A stretch of DNA of 64,000 nucleotides from assembly GCF_028368995.1 (NCBI RefSeq), contig NZ_JAQNDL010000004.1, positions 192,001-256,000 of the forward strand. The letters run 5' to 3'. Origin of the DNA: Nannocystis bainbridge (lineage in GTDB: Bacteria; Myxococcota_A; Polyangia; Nannocystales; Nannocystaceae). Position numbers and translations under genes: made by a program. Below, in pieces: positions 7,670 through 16,788 of this stretch (within the stretch, counting starts at the first letter, position 1; each line of letters opens with the position of its first letter). The notes beneath the pieces are model-generated. The model had not been told where the DNA came from, did no database searches, and was given only the letters and a program-made list of their open reading frames with translations.

Positions 7670-9055
7670 TCAGTTTTTCTCGCGGCCGAGGTGCACCTCG
7701 AGGCCGACCGCGGCGCGGAAGCCGACAGCGCCGATCCGGAACAGCTCGGGCAGCGGGTCGACCGCGAACGATTCGCGGGTGATCGGCACGACCAGGGCGA
7801 CGCTGCCGGCCAGCGCCAGCCGCCGGGTGAACCGCCACACGACGCCGGGTTGCAGCTCGGCCGCGGCCCACAGGGTCCGGACGGTGCGCGCGCCGGCGAA
7901 CCCGAGCCCGCGCACCACGAGCCCGCCGAGCTCCACGCCGGCGCACAGCGGCAGCTCGACGAGGCCGGCGCCCGTGCGGCCGGGTCGGCGCAGGCGCGGG
8001 GTCGGGCACACGCGCAGCGCGACGGCGCCGACCTGCGCGCGGGCGCCCACGCCGGGCGGCTCGGCGTAGTCGCGCCGGCGCCCCGGCCACCAGCCGGCGG
8101 TGAGCTCGAGGCGCACGCCGGGGAGGCGCAGGGCGTAGCCGCCCAGCAGGCCGGGGCCGATGCCCGGCAGCGCGCCGACGTCGAGGCCGAGCGCGAGCCG
8201 GAGGGCGTGGCCGACCGGGAGGCGCGGCGGCGCGGGCCCCAGCGGGCCGTCGGGCGGCTCGATCGCGCCCGGAGCGGGGGCGGGTTCGCGCGTCGGGTCG
8301 GCGGGGACGAGGTCGGGCCGCGCGGAAGCGGGCCGGGCCGGCGCCGGGTCGGGTTGCAGGGAGGCGGGGCGCTGACTGGGGGGCGCGGAGGGCTGGGCGG
8401 GCTGCGGGCCCGTGGGGGGGACCGGGGCGGGCTGGGCGGCAGGCTGGGCGGGCTGCGGAGGGGCGTGGCCAGGCTGGGTGGCAGGCTGGGCGGGCTGCGG
8501 AGGCGCGGGGACCTGGGCGGGCTGCGGAGGCGCGGGGACCTGGGCGGGTGCGGGAGGCGGGCCTGGCGGGGCGGGTGGCGGCGAGGTCGGGCTGGGCGGG
8601 ACCGGAGCGGGACCGGCGGGCGGGGACCCCGACAGGGCCGGCTCGATGGCGATCGCCAGCGCCAGGGCCCCGGAGCGCGCGAGCTCTTCGCAGTCGCGGC
8701 CGCGCAGGGTCTTCTCGCCGCGGGCGCCGTCGCGGGTGATGACGAGGCGCAGGCGCCAGCCGGCGCCGTCGCGCGCGAGCACGCCCTCGCCGGTGAGCCC
8801 GGGGTAGCCGGCGGGGTCGGCCGCGGTCCCGAGGTGTCCCGAGAGCCAGGTGCGGAACTGGTCGCGCTGCGGGCACTGCGGCGGGGCGCTCCAGTGCAAG
8901 GTGAGCTGCGCCGGGGCGGCGGGGGCCTGCAGGCTCGCGGAGGTCGGCGGGGACCACAGCGCCGCCACCAAGGCCGCGCAGGCGCACGGGCCGGGGCGCC
9001 GTCGGCCGGGCGGGCGGAGGCCGGCGCTGCGGCGGTGCGGGCGAGCAGCGAGCAC
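7670..9055 (-). CDS. hypothetical secreted protein with Pro-rich tandem repeats, first gene of the sigma/anti-sigma operon
   Basis: An N-terminal hydrophobic segment is followed by PAPPQPAQV tandem repeats, also visible as DNA tandem repeats at about 8400..8560. The C-terminal domain shows alternating hydrophobic residues and is possibly a beta-barrel. The start is uncertain. Confidence 0.5.
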   Translation of the reverse strand: MLAARPHRRSAGLRPPGRRRPGPCACAALVAALWSPPTSASLQAPAAPAQLTLHWSAPPQCPQRDQFRTWLSGHLGTAADPAGYPGLTGEGVLARDGAGWRLRLVITRDGARGEKTLRGRDCEELARSGALALAIAIEPALSGSPPAGPAPVPPSPTSPPPAPPGPPPAPAQVPAPPQPAQVPAPPQPAQPATQPGHAPPQPAQPAAQPAPVPPTGPQPAQPSAPPSQRPASLQPDPAPARPASARPDLVPADPTREPAPAPGAIEPPDGPLGPAPPRLPVGHALRLALGLDVGALPGIGPGLLGGYALRLPGVRLELTAGWWPGRRRDYAEPPGVGARAQVGAVALRVCPTPRLRRPGRTGAGLVELPLCAGVELGGLVVRGLGFAGARTVRTLWAAAELQPGVVWRFTRRLALAGSVALVVPITRESFAVDPLPELFRIGAVGFRAAVGLEVHLGREKN

Positions 9056-9228
9056 TGGAGGCGCTTCTTATCGTCGAGGCGGGGAGCTGTCCATCGCGGG
9101 CTGCGAGCCGCGGGATCGGGCGAGCGCGCGACGGCTCGCCGCCGGCTCGGGGCCCGGTGCAGGGAGGGCGGTGGCCCGGGCTCCCTGGTGACGGGAGCCC
9201 GGGAACGCGTTGCTGTGCGGTTGATCGG

Positions 9229-10128
9229 TCAGTCGCAGGCGCAGTCGCAGCCGGCGGGGCTGTCCTCGTCGGCCCAGCACGGCGAGTAGTCGAGGGGCTC
9301 GAACTGGCACGACACGTCGTCGAGGAGCTCGAGCTCGACGCCGGTCGGCACGCCCTCGCCCACGGGGCCGAAATACGGGGTCTTGCCGGCGTGGGCCGGA
9401 TCGCAGGAGGCGGGCGGCGAGGTGTCGAAGCAACCGCCGCTCTGCCGCAGGTGCACGGGGATGCAGCGACCGACCGGCGGCTCGGCGCTGCAGGCGGGTT
9501 CGGCGGCCACCTCGTGCGTCGATTCTACCCACAGGCAACCATTGAGGCCGGGGTCGCCCTGGAATTGATCGCAGCTGGCCTGGTCGGTGAGCGATTCGCA
9601 ATGGTCGGTGAGGGCGCCGCAGGACTGGGGGCCCAGGTTGATGGCATATCGATAGCAATCGAGCGCCAGGCCCTGGACTTCGCAGCTGCAGTTGCCCCAA
9701 TCGGCCGGGATGTTGAGGGGGTCGAAGCTGAAGACGACGGGGACGCCGTCAGGGTCGCAATGGATGGCCGGGGATTGGCTGCCGCCGGAGATGCTGGCGC
9801 AGAAGCCGAGGGCCTGGTCGCCCCAGTGGCAGCCGTCGACGTCGGCCTCGAGCGCGCCGCCGCCGACGAATTCGCAGCCGGCATCGACGCAGGTGGCCTC
9901 GTCGGTGTGCTGGGCGCACGGGTCGTTGCCCTCGGTGGTGGGCAGCTCGCCAGTGGTGCTGGTGGAGGGATCGCCGGAGGGATCGGCGGAGGAGCTGGAA
10001 GGATCGCCGGAGGAGCTGGAAGGGTCGCCGGCGCTGACGGTCAGCTCGCCGAGAGAGTGCTTTTCGCCGCAGGCCGGCGAGAAGACGAGGAACATCAGGC
10101 TCAGGGGATAATGGATAAGCGAACGCAA
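9229..10128 (-). CDS. Cys-rich secreted lipoprotein, hypothetical
   Basis: LMFLVFSPAC lipobox, followed by a Ser-rich linker and about 26 Cys residues. The 5-prime end of the gene is locally lower in GC. Confidence 0.65.
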   Translation of the reverse strand: MRSLIHYPLSLMFLVFSPACGEKHSLGELTVSAGDPSSSSGDPSSSSADPSGDPSTSTTGELPTTEGNDPCAQHTDEATCVDAGCEFVGGGALEADVDGCHWGDQALGFCASISGGSQSPAIHCDPDGVPVVFSFDPLNIPADWGNCSCEVQGLALDCYRYAINLGPQSCGALTDHCESLTDQASCDQFQGDPGLNGCLWVESTHEVAAEPACSAEPPVGRCIPVHLRQSGGCFDTSPPASCDPAHAGKTPYFGPVGEGVPTGVELELLDDVSCQFEPLDYSPCWADEDSPAGCDCACD

Positions 10129-10356
10129 GGTACACCTCGATGGTAGTCAGGCGTGGCGCGCGGCGGCGATTCGAGTCGCCGTCGGTCGTCACGGTCATGA
10201 AGTCCGACCGGCAGCGTCGATCCATCGAAATTTTTTCGCGCTCGGGGATCGCGGGACGCGACGATGCGCACCGCTCGCGGGAGCGGCCAGCGGGTTCGTT
10301 CCCGCGGTCGCTCCGGCGAAGGGTGCGCGTTGTCCGACGAGCGAGCGTGTGACCCG

Positions 10357-10701
10357 CTACTTGGCCGGGTCGGCGGCCTTGGCGTCGTGATGGCCCGGGT
10401 CGTCCGCGGAGGGCTTCGCGCCGGCCGCGACGCCGCCGGGCGGCTCGTAGCCGGGCGCGGGCGGGTGGGTGCCGGACGGATTGGCGGCGCCGCTGGAGGG
10501 CCCGGGGGTCGGGCTGTTCGCGGACTGGCCCGTGGGGTGCGGGTTGGTGCGGGTGTCGGCCGGGGCGGGGGCGCCGGCCGGTGCGGCGGCTCCGGCCGGA
10601 GTGGCGGCGCCGGCGGTGGGCGCGGGCTCCTTGGCGCGAGAGCCACAGGCGGCGAGGGCGAGCAAACAGGCGAGGCCGAGGGTGTGATGAAGGGTCTTCA
10701 T
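10357..10701 (-). CDS. small low-complexity lipoprotein
   Basis: MKTLHHTLGLACLLALAACGS lipobox, then an Ala/Pro/Gly-rich tail. This is the C-terminal part of ORF 10357..11610, whose remainder is Arg-rich artefact. Confidence 0.5.
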   Translation of the reverse strand: MKTLHHTLGLACLLALAACGSRAKEPAPTAGAATPAGAAAPAGAPAPADTRTNPHPTGQSANSPTPGPSSGAANPSGTHPPAPGYEPPGGVAAGAKPSADDPGHHDAKAADPAK

Positions 10702-10859
10702 GGTGAGAGCGATGGGTTCGTGGGTGAAAGGGAGGTGAGAGCGCGGCGGTCGGCGCCGCGTGGGAATGGTTCGGTGAGGTGCGGAGATTCGCGGTCCCCG
10801 CACTGTCATTTGGGGGTGAGCGACGCGCGAATGTCGGGACGCGGCAATTCGCGGACGGA

Positions 10860-11207
10860 TCAGGACGAAACCGGGGACTGTCGCTCGCTGGCGGCCTGGC
10901 TGGCGCCGCCGTGGCGGGCTTCGTCGGGATCGGTGGGGCTGGCGCGGCCGGGTTCGCTGTCCGGGCGGCCGCCCATCGAACCGTGGCGCAGGACCCGGGC
11001 CAGATGGAGTGTGGCCTGCTCGACGTGGCGGGCGTCCTGCTCGAAGATCTGGCGCAGGAGGTCGACGCATTCGGGCGAGTTGGCCCGCTGGGCGTCTTGA
11101 ATGTATTGCGCGTAGGCGCGGAGGGCCTCGGACTTGCGCTGGACGATGGTGATCCAGTCGTAGGCGAGGTCGCTGAGCGGCTCTGGATTGCGCAGGGCGT
11201 CGGTCAT
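10860..11207 (-). CDS. small conserved helical protein, paralog 1 (putative stress protein; family not recognised)
   Basis: MTDALRNPEPLSDLAYDWITIVQRKSEALRAYAQYIQDAQRANSPECVDLLRQIFEQDARHVEQATLHLARVLRHGSMGG. It is about 75% identical to the protein at 15456..16049. Confidence 0.7.
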   Translation of the reverse strand: MTDALRNPEPLSDLAYDWITIVQRKSEALRAYAQYIQDAQRANSPECVDLLRQIFEQDARHVEQATLHLARVLRHGSMGGRPDSEPGRASPTDPDEARHGGASQAASERQSPVSS

Positions 11208-11629
11208 GCTGAGATTCTCTCGACGCGAGGACTCTGATCGAAGCGGCAGGCGGGGCCACCCGGGAATTGACCCGGGGCCTGACCGGCGCGGCGCTCGCCC
11301 GGGCCGCACGCCTGGCCTCGCTGGCCCCTCGCCCGCCGCGGAGGAGGCGCACGAACGCCGGTTGCGTGGCGGGCGGGGCTTCGGTGGAGGGCCTCGACGA
11401 TGGGAGACTTTGCCATCGTGCCAGCGAGAGGTCGGCGCCGGCTCTCGTCGCATCGTCGCTGCCACGAGTGACGGGCCGGCGGGACCAGCGTGGCTCGGGG
11501 GGCGCGGCCGGCGACCCGGCGAAAGGCCGCGTCGGTCGGGGGTGGCGCGGGTGATTCAGGGTTTTTCCGGGGTGAAGGATTGGGCCATGTTTGTTATTGT
11601 CGCCGGCCAAGACTGCGTCGAGGATTGAT

Positions 11630-12295
11630 ATGAACGAGGTCGCGGCTCTTCAGGGGGACGTGAAGACTCAGCGCCCGCGGGTGCTGGTGGCCGAAGATCA
11701 CACGCTGGTCCGCGAGGGCCTCGTGCGCCTTTTGGCAGACGAAGTCGATATTGTGGGGGCGGTGCCCGACGGTCGGGCGCTGGTGACCGCGGCCCAACAG
11801 TGTCGACCCGACGTGGTGCTCGTCGACGTGACGATGCCGCTGCTCAACGGGTTCGACGCGGCGCGGCAGCTGCAGCGGCTGCACCCCATGGGGCGGGTCA
11901 TCTTCGTCACGGTGCACGCCGATCCGGACTACGTGCAGGCGGCGTTTCGCGCCGGGGCGCGGGGCTACGTGGTGAAGACCGCGGCCTCGGCCGAGCTGCT
12001 GCTGGCGATCCGAACGGTCCTGGCGGGCGGCACGTTCGTGTCGCCGGCGCTGACCCACGAGCCGTGGGTGGACGGGCCCGAAGATCGGTTCGGCGACGAG
12101 CTGTCGGCGCGTCAGCGCGAGGTCCTGCAGCTGGTCGCCGAGGGTCGGCCGGCTCGCGAGATCGGGGACATCCTCGGCATCTCGCGCAAGACGGTCGAGT
12201 TTCACAAGGCGCGGCTGATGCGGGCGCTCGGGCTGCGCACGGTCGCCGAGCTGACGCGCTATGCGGTCGAGCGCGGGCCGCTCTCGGGTCGTTGA
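11630..12295 (+). CDS. NarL/FixJ-family response regulator (REC plus LuxR-type HTH)
   Basis: Receiver (VLVAEDHTLVREGL...DVVLVDVTMP) and LuxR HTH (LSARQREVLQLVAEGRPAREIGDILGISRKTVEFHKARLMRALG). Confidence 0.85.
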   Translation: MNEVAALQGDVKTQRPRVLVAEDHTLVREGLVRLLADEVDIVGAVPDGRALVTAAQQCRPDVVLVDVTMPLLNGFDAARQLQRLHPMGRVIFVTVHADPDYVQAAFRAGARGYVVKTAASAELLLAIRTVLAGGTFVSPALTHEPWVDGPEDRFGDELSARQREVLQLVAEGRPAREIGDILGISRKTVEFHKARLMRALGLRTVAELTRYAVERGPLSGR

Positions 12296-12388
12296 GAGGC
12301 GGCCGCGCTCGTGGGGATCGGGGTCCTGCCGGCGCTTGCCCTTCCCGGTCGATCGGATCGCTCTCGGGGTCGTCCGACGACGAGCGGG

Positions 12389-14188
12389 TCAAGCAGCTAC
12401 AGGAGGAGCTGGCGGGGCCGAGGTGACCTCGTGGGCGGCTTCGCTGGTCCCCGCGGTCTCGAACAGGACCAGGAAATGGCGCCCCTCACCGGGCGCGGAC
12501 AGCGGGATGACGTGGAGGACGAACTCGTGGCCGGCGCCGTTGAACTCGACCCGCAGGCCCTCCTTGCGGACCGGCCTGTCGGACTTGCGGGCGCCGTAGA
12601 GCGCGGTCTGGAGCCCGTGGAGCAGGCCCTCGCGCGCCATCTTCAGCAGGTTCAGGCTCTGGGCCGCGTCGCCCGGGGCGGGCTCGAGGTAAAGGCCGGT
12701 CTTGCCGCGGAACTGGACGATCTGGAAGTTCTCGTCGACGATCACGCCTGGCGGCCCGTAGCGATCGAGGACCAGGCGGTTGGCCTCGTTCTGGAAAGAG
12801 TGGGGCGTGTGCATTTCGGCGGGCAGGCGCGGGGCTCGGTGAGACGAGCGGCTGGGGTTGTACTCCACGGGGAACGGGAAGTCGGAAGGAGTCTCGATCG
12901 GCCGCTTGACGAAGATCCGGTGCTTCTTGTCGATGACGGCGAACAGGTCGGCCTGGGCGCCGACGGTCTCGGCGCCGCCGAGCATGAGGAAGCCCGACGG
13001 CTTGAGCGCGTAGTGAAACACGGTCATCAGCTTGCGCTGCAGCACCGCGCCCATGTAGATGAGCACGTTGCGGCAGAGGATGAGGTCGAGCTTGGAGAAG
13101 GGCGGGTCGCGGGTGACGTCCTGGCGGGCGAACACGCATAGATCGCGCACGGCCTTGGCGATCCGGTACTTGCCGCCGTCGGTCTTGGTGAAGAACCGGC
13201 GCAGCCGCTCGGGCGACAGGTCGGCGGCGATGCTGTCGGCGTAGAGGCCGTTGCGCGCGTGCTCGATCGCCGTCTCGCTGACGTCGGTGGCGAAGATCTG
13301 GACCGGCACCGCGCTCGACTCCTCGCCGAGGCACTCGAGCAGGGCGATCGCCACCGAGTAGGCCTCCTCGCCGGTCGAGCAGCCGGGCAGCCACAGCCGG
13401 ATCGTCGGCGGCCTGTAGTGCGTGAAGTCGACGCCGCTGGTGTTGCGCAGCATCGTGAAGATCCGCAGCAGGTGCTCCTGATGGATGACGAGCTCGTCGC
13501 CCGGCCGACGCGCATACGCGGCGCGCACGTAGGGGTGACGGCCGATCCGCTGCAGCTCCTCGGCGATCCGCGGCGGGGTCAGGACGAGGTCGACGCTGCC
13601 GGTGGCGATCGCGGCCCGCGGCATGCCGTCGTAGCGGGCGGTCTCCGGGTCCTGGGCGATGGTGATGCCGCCGACGCCCTTGATCTCGCGCAGGCCCGTC
13701 GAGCCGTCGACGCCCGTGCCCGACAGGACCACCCCGACGGCGCAGGTCTCGAGCGCCTTGGCGAGGGAGCTCATGAGCGCGTCGATCGGGGTGTACTGGG
13801 TGCGGTCGGTGGGGCGCGGGGTCGGCACCAGGTGCAGGCCGAGCACGCTAAGCTGGATCCCGGGCGGCGCCAGGTAGACGTGGTCGGGCTGGAGCGGCAG
13901 CTCTTCGTTCACGACCACGGCGGGCATGGCGGTGTGCATGCGCAGGATCTCGGCCAGGCCGCTGTCGCGCCCGCTGGCCTGATGGACGACGTAGACGTAG
14001 GCGATGCCGAGGTCCGGCGGGAGCACGTCGAGGAGGTCGGTGAAGGCCTCCAGGCCGCCGGCGGACGCGCCGATGGCGACCACCAGCAGGCGGCCGGACG
14101 CGGGCGGGTGGGTCTCGGCGGGGGTGACTTCGTCGTTCTCGTCGACGGCCTCGACGGTCTCGGGAGGCGGCATGGGGAGGGTCGGCAT
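12389..14188 (-). CDS. CheB methylesterase / CheR methyltransferase / PAS fusion protein
   Basis: The N-terminal half has the CheB catalytic domain (GASAGGLEAF...). The middle has the CheR SAM-binding methyltransferase (LWLPGCSTGEEAYSVAIAL, ILCRNVLIYM). The C-terminus is a PAS-like segment. Confidence 0.85.
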   Translation of the reverse strand: MPTLPMPPPETVEAVDENDEVTPAETHPPASGRLLVVAIGASAGGLEAFTDLLDVLPPDLGIAYVYVVHQASGRDSGLAEILRMHTAMPAVVVNEELPLQPDHVYLAPPGIQLSVLGLHLVPTPRPTDRTQYTPIDALMSSLAKALETCAVGVVLSGTGVDGSTGLREIKGVGGITIAQDPETARYDGMPRAAIATGSVDLVLTPPRIAEELQRIGRHPYVRAAYARRPGDELVIHQEHLLRIFTMLRNTSGVDFTHYRPPTIRLWLPGCSTGEEAYSVAIALLECLGEESSAVPVQIFATDVSETAIEHARNGLYADSIAADLSPERLRRFFTKTDGGKYRIAKAVRDLCVFARQDVTRDPPFSKLDLILCRNVLIYMGAVLQRKLMTVFHYALKPSGFLMLGGAETVGAQADLFAVIDKKHRIFVKRPIETPSDFPFPVEYNPSRSSHRAPRLPAEMHTPHSFQNEANRLVLDRYGPPGVIVDENFQIVQFRGKTGLYLEPAPGDAAQSLNLLKMAREGLLHGLQTALYGARKSDRPVRKEGLRVEFNGAGHEFVLHVIPLSAPGEGRHFLVLFETAGTSEAAHEVTSAPPAPPVAA

Positions 14189-14230
14189 GGAGCGCTGGCG
14201 GCGTGAGCGGTGACGCGGCGAAAGTTCGCG

Positions 14231-15313
14231 TCACTTCTCGGCGGCGGCATCGGGCGGAGGCGCGGTCGGGGCCGGAGGCGTCAGCCGCGGCGAGTTCCGG
14301 TGCACGAGCGGCCGCAGGGTGTCGGCGTAATCCTCGATCTCGAGGGCGCTCTTCTCGTATTGCTGGGCCAGCCCGGCGTACCCGGCCTTGCCGCTGCGCT
14401 CGGCCTGCTGGCGGTAGAGGGCGGCGTTCTCTTCGAGGGCCCGCAGGGCGCCCCACAGCGCGCCCTCGAGCTTGGCGCTCTGCCCGGACAGCAGGGCCTC
14501 GGCGGTGAAGCCGTGGCCGACGTGGCAGCGGAAGCGCAGCAGCTTGTCGGCCCCGGGCGCCTCCCACAGCGCGCCGCCGCATTCAGGGCAGGTGTACGGC
14601 GAGCGGGTGCCGGCCGGCTCGCCCTCCTGCAACACGGTGCCGCGTTCGGCCTCGTCGTCGCTCGGCGCCGGGCCCAGGCCGAGCGGGTCGGCGACCCGCT
14701 CCTGCACCAGCCGGAGCAGGAGCTCGGGGATGGCGGCCGCGGGCAGGACGCCGTGGACCTCGACGTTCTGGATCGCGCTGAGCGGCATGCTGGGGATCGT
14801 GGCCTCGGCCGGATCCTGGGCGATCGCCAGGCCGCCGGCCTCGGTGATCCGCAGCAGGCCCTCGGTGCCGTCGTCGAGGCCGCCCGAGAGGACGACGCCG
14901 ATGACGCGCGCGCCGTAGGCCGCGGCGGCGCTGCGGAACAGCGGGTCGACCGCCGGGCGGAAGCCGTTCTCCTTGGGCCCGCGAGTGACTCGCACGTACG
15001 CGCGCTTGATGAGCAGGTGATGGTCGGGGCGGGCGACGTAGATCCGGCCGCGCTCGATGGCCTGGCGATCCTGGGCCAGGCCGGTCGGCAGCCGCGACAC
15101 CCGGCGCAGCAGGTCGGACAGCACGCCCGGGTTGTCGGGTGACATGTGCATCGCCACGAACACCGCGGCGGGGAAGTCGCGTGGCAGCCCGCGCACGATG
15201 TCGAAGAGCGCGGTGAGGCCCCCGGCGGAGGCTCCCATGACGATGATGTCCCGCGGCGCGGTGTTCGCTCTCGACAAGGTCCCGCCTTCTTCATTCCGCG
15301 GGGCTCCAGGCAA
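14231..15313 (-). CDS. CheB-type protein-glutamate methylesterase lacking a receiver domain, with a C-terminal zinc-ribbon-like extension
   Basis: IVMGASAGGLTALFDIV... forms the CheB catalytic domain, followed by CPECGGALWE...FRCHVGHGF. No N-terminal REC domain is present. Confidence 0.8.
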   Translation of the reverse strand: MPGAPRNEEGGTLSRANTAPRDIIVMGASAGGLTALFDIVRGLPRDFPAAVFVAMHMSPDNPGVLSDLLRRVSRLPTGLAQDRQAIERGRIYVARPDHHLLIKRAYVRVTRGPKENGFRPAVDPLFRSAAAAYGARVIGVVLSGGLDDGTEGLLRITEAGGLAIAQDPAEATIPSMPLSAIQNVEVHGVLPAAAIPELLLRLVQERVADPLGLGPAPSDDEAERGTVLQEGEPAGTRSPYTCPECGGALWEAPGADKLLRFRCHVGHGFTAEALLSGQSAKLEGALWGALRALEENAALYRQQAERSGKAGYAGLAQQYEKSALEIEDYADTLRPLVHRNSPRLTPPAPTAPPPDAAAEK

Positions 15314-15455
15314 GTCAAATCGTCGGAATCGAGCGGGCGGGTGTCGTAATCCGGTTCACGGCTTCGTCTATCGCTGCGACCTCGACCGCGCGCCGCGCTC
15401 GCGCGGCACGCATTTGCCAATCTAGGCAGGTGGCCGAGGTCCCTCAATCACCCGA

Positions 15456-16049
15456 TCACGACGACCGCGGGGTCCGCCGACCGGCGCTCCCCTCGTCGGT
15501 CTCGTCCTGCAGCGACTTGTTGGCGCGGCCGCCCATGTCGCTCTGACTCGTGCCGCCGCCGACGCCGGTCTGACCCATGCGGTTCGGCTCGCCCATGCCC
15601 TGACTGCGGGTCTGGCTCATCCGGCCCTGACCGCCCTCGCCCTGGCTCATGCTGCCGGAGCCCTGGCTGGCGGCCTGGCTGGTGCCGCCGCGGCCGGTCT
15701 CGCCCTGGTTGCCGCTCATGCTGCCCTGGCCGGCGCCCGCGCGGCCGCCCTGGCCCTGGCTCATGCCGGCGCGACCGCCCTGGCTGCTCGCTTGTCCGGC
15801 CTCGCGGCGGCCGCCCATCGAGCCGTGGCGCAGGACCTCGACGAGGTGGCGCGAGGCCTGCTCGATGTGGCGGGCGTCCTGCTCGTAGATCTCGCGCAAG
15901 AGCTCGACGCATTCGGGCGAGTTGGCCTGCTCCGCGTCATGAATGTATTGCTCGTAGGCGCGGAGGGCCTCGGACTTGTGCTGGACGATGGTCACCCAGT
16001 CGTAGGCGAGGTCGCTGAGCGGTTCTTGATTGCGCTTGTCTTCGTTCAT
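15456..16049 (-). CDS. small conserved helical protein, paralog 2, with Gly/Ser/Gln-rich C-terminal tail
   Basis: MNEDKRNQEPLSDLAYDWVTIVQHKSEALRAYEQYIHDAEQANSPECVELLREIYEQDARHIEQASRHLVEVLRHGSMGG, then an (SQG) low-complexity tail of about 110 aa. GAGGA ribosome-binding site upstream. Confidence 0.7.
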   Translation of the reverse strand: MNEDKRNQEPLSDLAYDWVTIVQHKSEALRAYEQYIHDAEQANSPECVELLREIYEQDARHIEQASRHLVEVLRHGSMGGRREAGQASSQGGRAGMSQGQGGRAGAGQGSMSGNQGETGRGGTSQAASQGSGSMSQGEGGQGRMSQTRSQGMGEPNRMGQTGVGGGTSQSDMGGRANKSLQDETDEGSAGRRTPRSS

Positions 16050-16349
16050 GATGGAATCCTCGGTTGCGCTGACCTTGAACCATTTCCTCGCGCGAACCAC
16101 CCAATGGCGTGAGCCGGTCCCGGCGGCGGCGAAGGAGCCACGGGTCGCGCACCTGGCCTCGCTGGCCGCGGCGGTCCGGCGGAGGGAGCGCGCGAAACGG
16201 GCTTCGCCGCGGCCGATGCCGGCAGGGCGAATGCAACGGTCCCGGCGGTCGAACGCCCGCGGTCGAGCTGGACCCGGGGCGCGGCGCTGCTACGTTGAAA
16301 GGCTCTCGGCGCGAAGCAGGCAGCCGGCGGGCCGACCACCGGGGACGGC

Positions 16350-16670
16350 AGGCCGGACGCCGGGCTCGGTGCCCGCATTCGGGAGTTGCACGCGCGACAG
16401 GCCCGGGACGCCGGGCCCGGTGCCCGCATTCGGGAGTTGCACGCGCGACAGGCCCGGGCTGCCGGGCCCCGTGCCCGCATTCGGGAGTTGCACGCGACAG
16501 GCCCGGGACGCCGGGCCCGGTGCCCGCATTCGGGAGTTGCACGCACGACAGGCCCGGGCTGCCGGGCCCCGTGCCCGCATTCGGGAGTTGCACGCGACAG
16601 GCCCGGGACGCCGGGCCCGGTGCCCGCATTCGGGAGTTGCACGCACGACAGGCCCGGGCTGCCAGGCCCG
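16350..16670. repeat. tandem repeat, about 51-bp unit, about 6 copies, each with an internal GCCCGG-GACG-CCGGGC hairpin
   Basis: The motif gtgcccgcattcgggagttgcacgcgcgacaggcccgggacgccgggcccg recurs with starts near 16369, 16420, 16471, 16520, 16571 and 16620, with alternating 51- and 49-bp variants. The array is non-coding and lies upstream of the paralog-2 gene. Confidence 0.85.
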
Positions 16671-16788
16671 GCGGGGGGCGAACATGCCAGACGGCAGACG
16701 CGCGAGAGTGCCGCGGCGAGCGGCGCCCCTGCGGGACGCTGCGCTCGCCGCGGAGTGGGGGTGCGTTCGGGCGGTGCGCGGCGACGGC

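Noticed and set aside
14281-15447. Alternative frame ORF (388 aa, Arg/Ser/Pro-rich) overlapping the CheB-like gene
   Set aside because: It has no domain motifs. The frame at 14231..15313 carries the GASAGG methylesterase signature.
16350-16670. Possible CRISPR array: regular repeats of about 50 bp
   Set aside because: The units abut with no unique spacers between them. The unit length of 51 bp exceeds typical CRISPR repeats, and no cas genes are present in the window. It is a plain tandem minisatellite.
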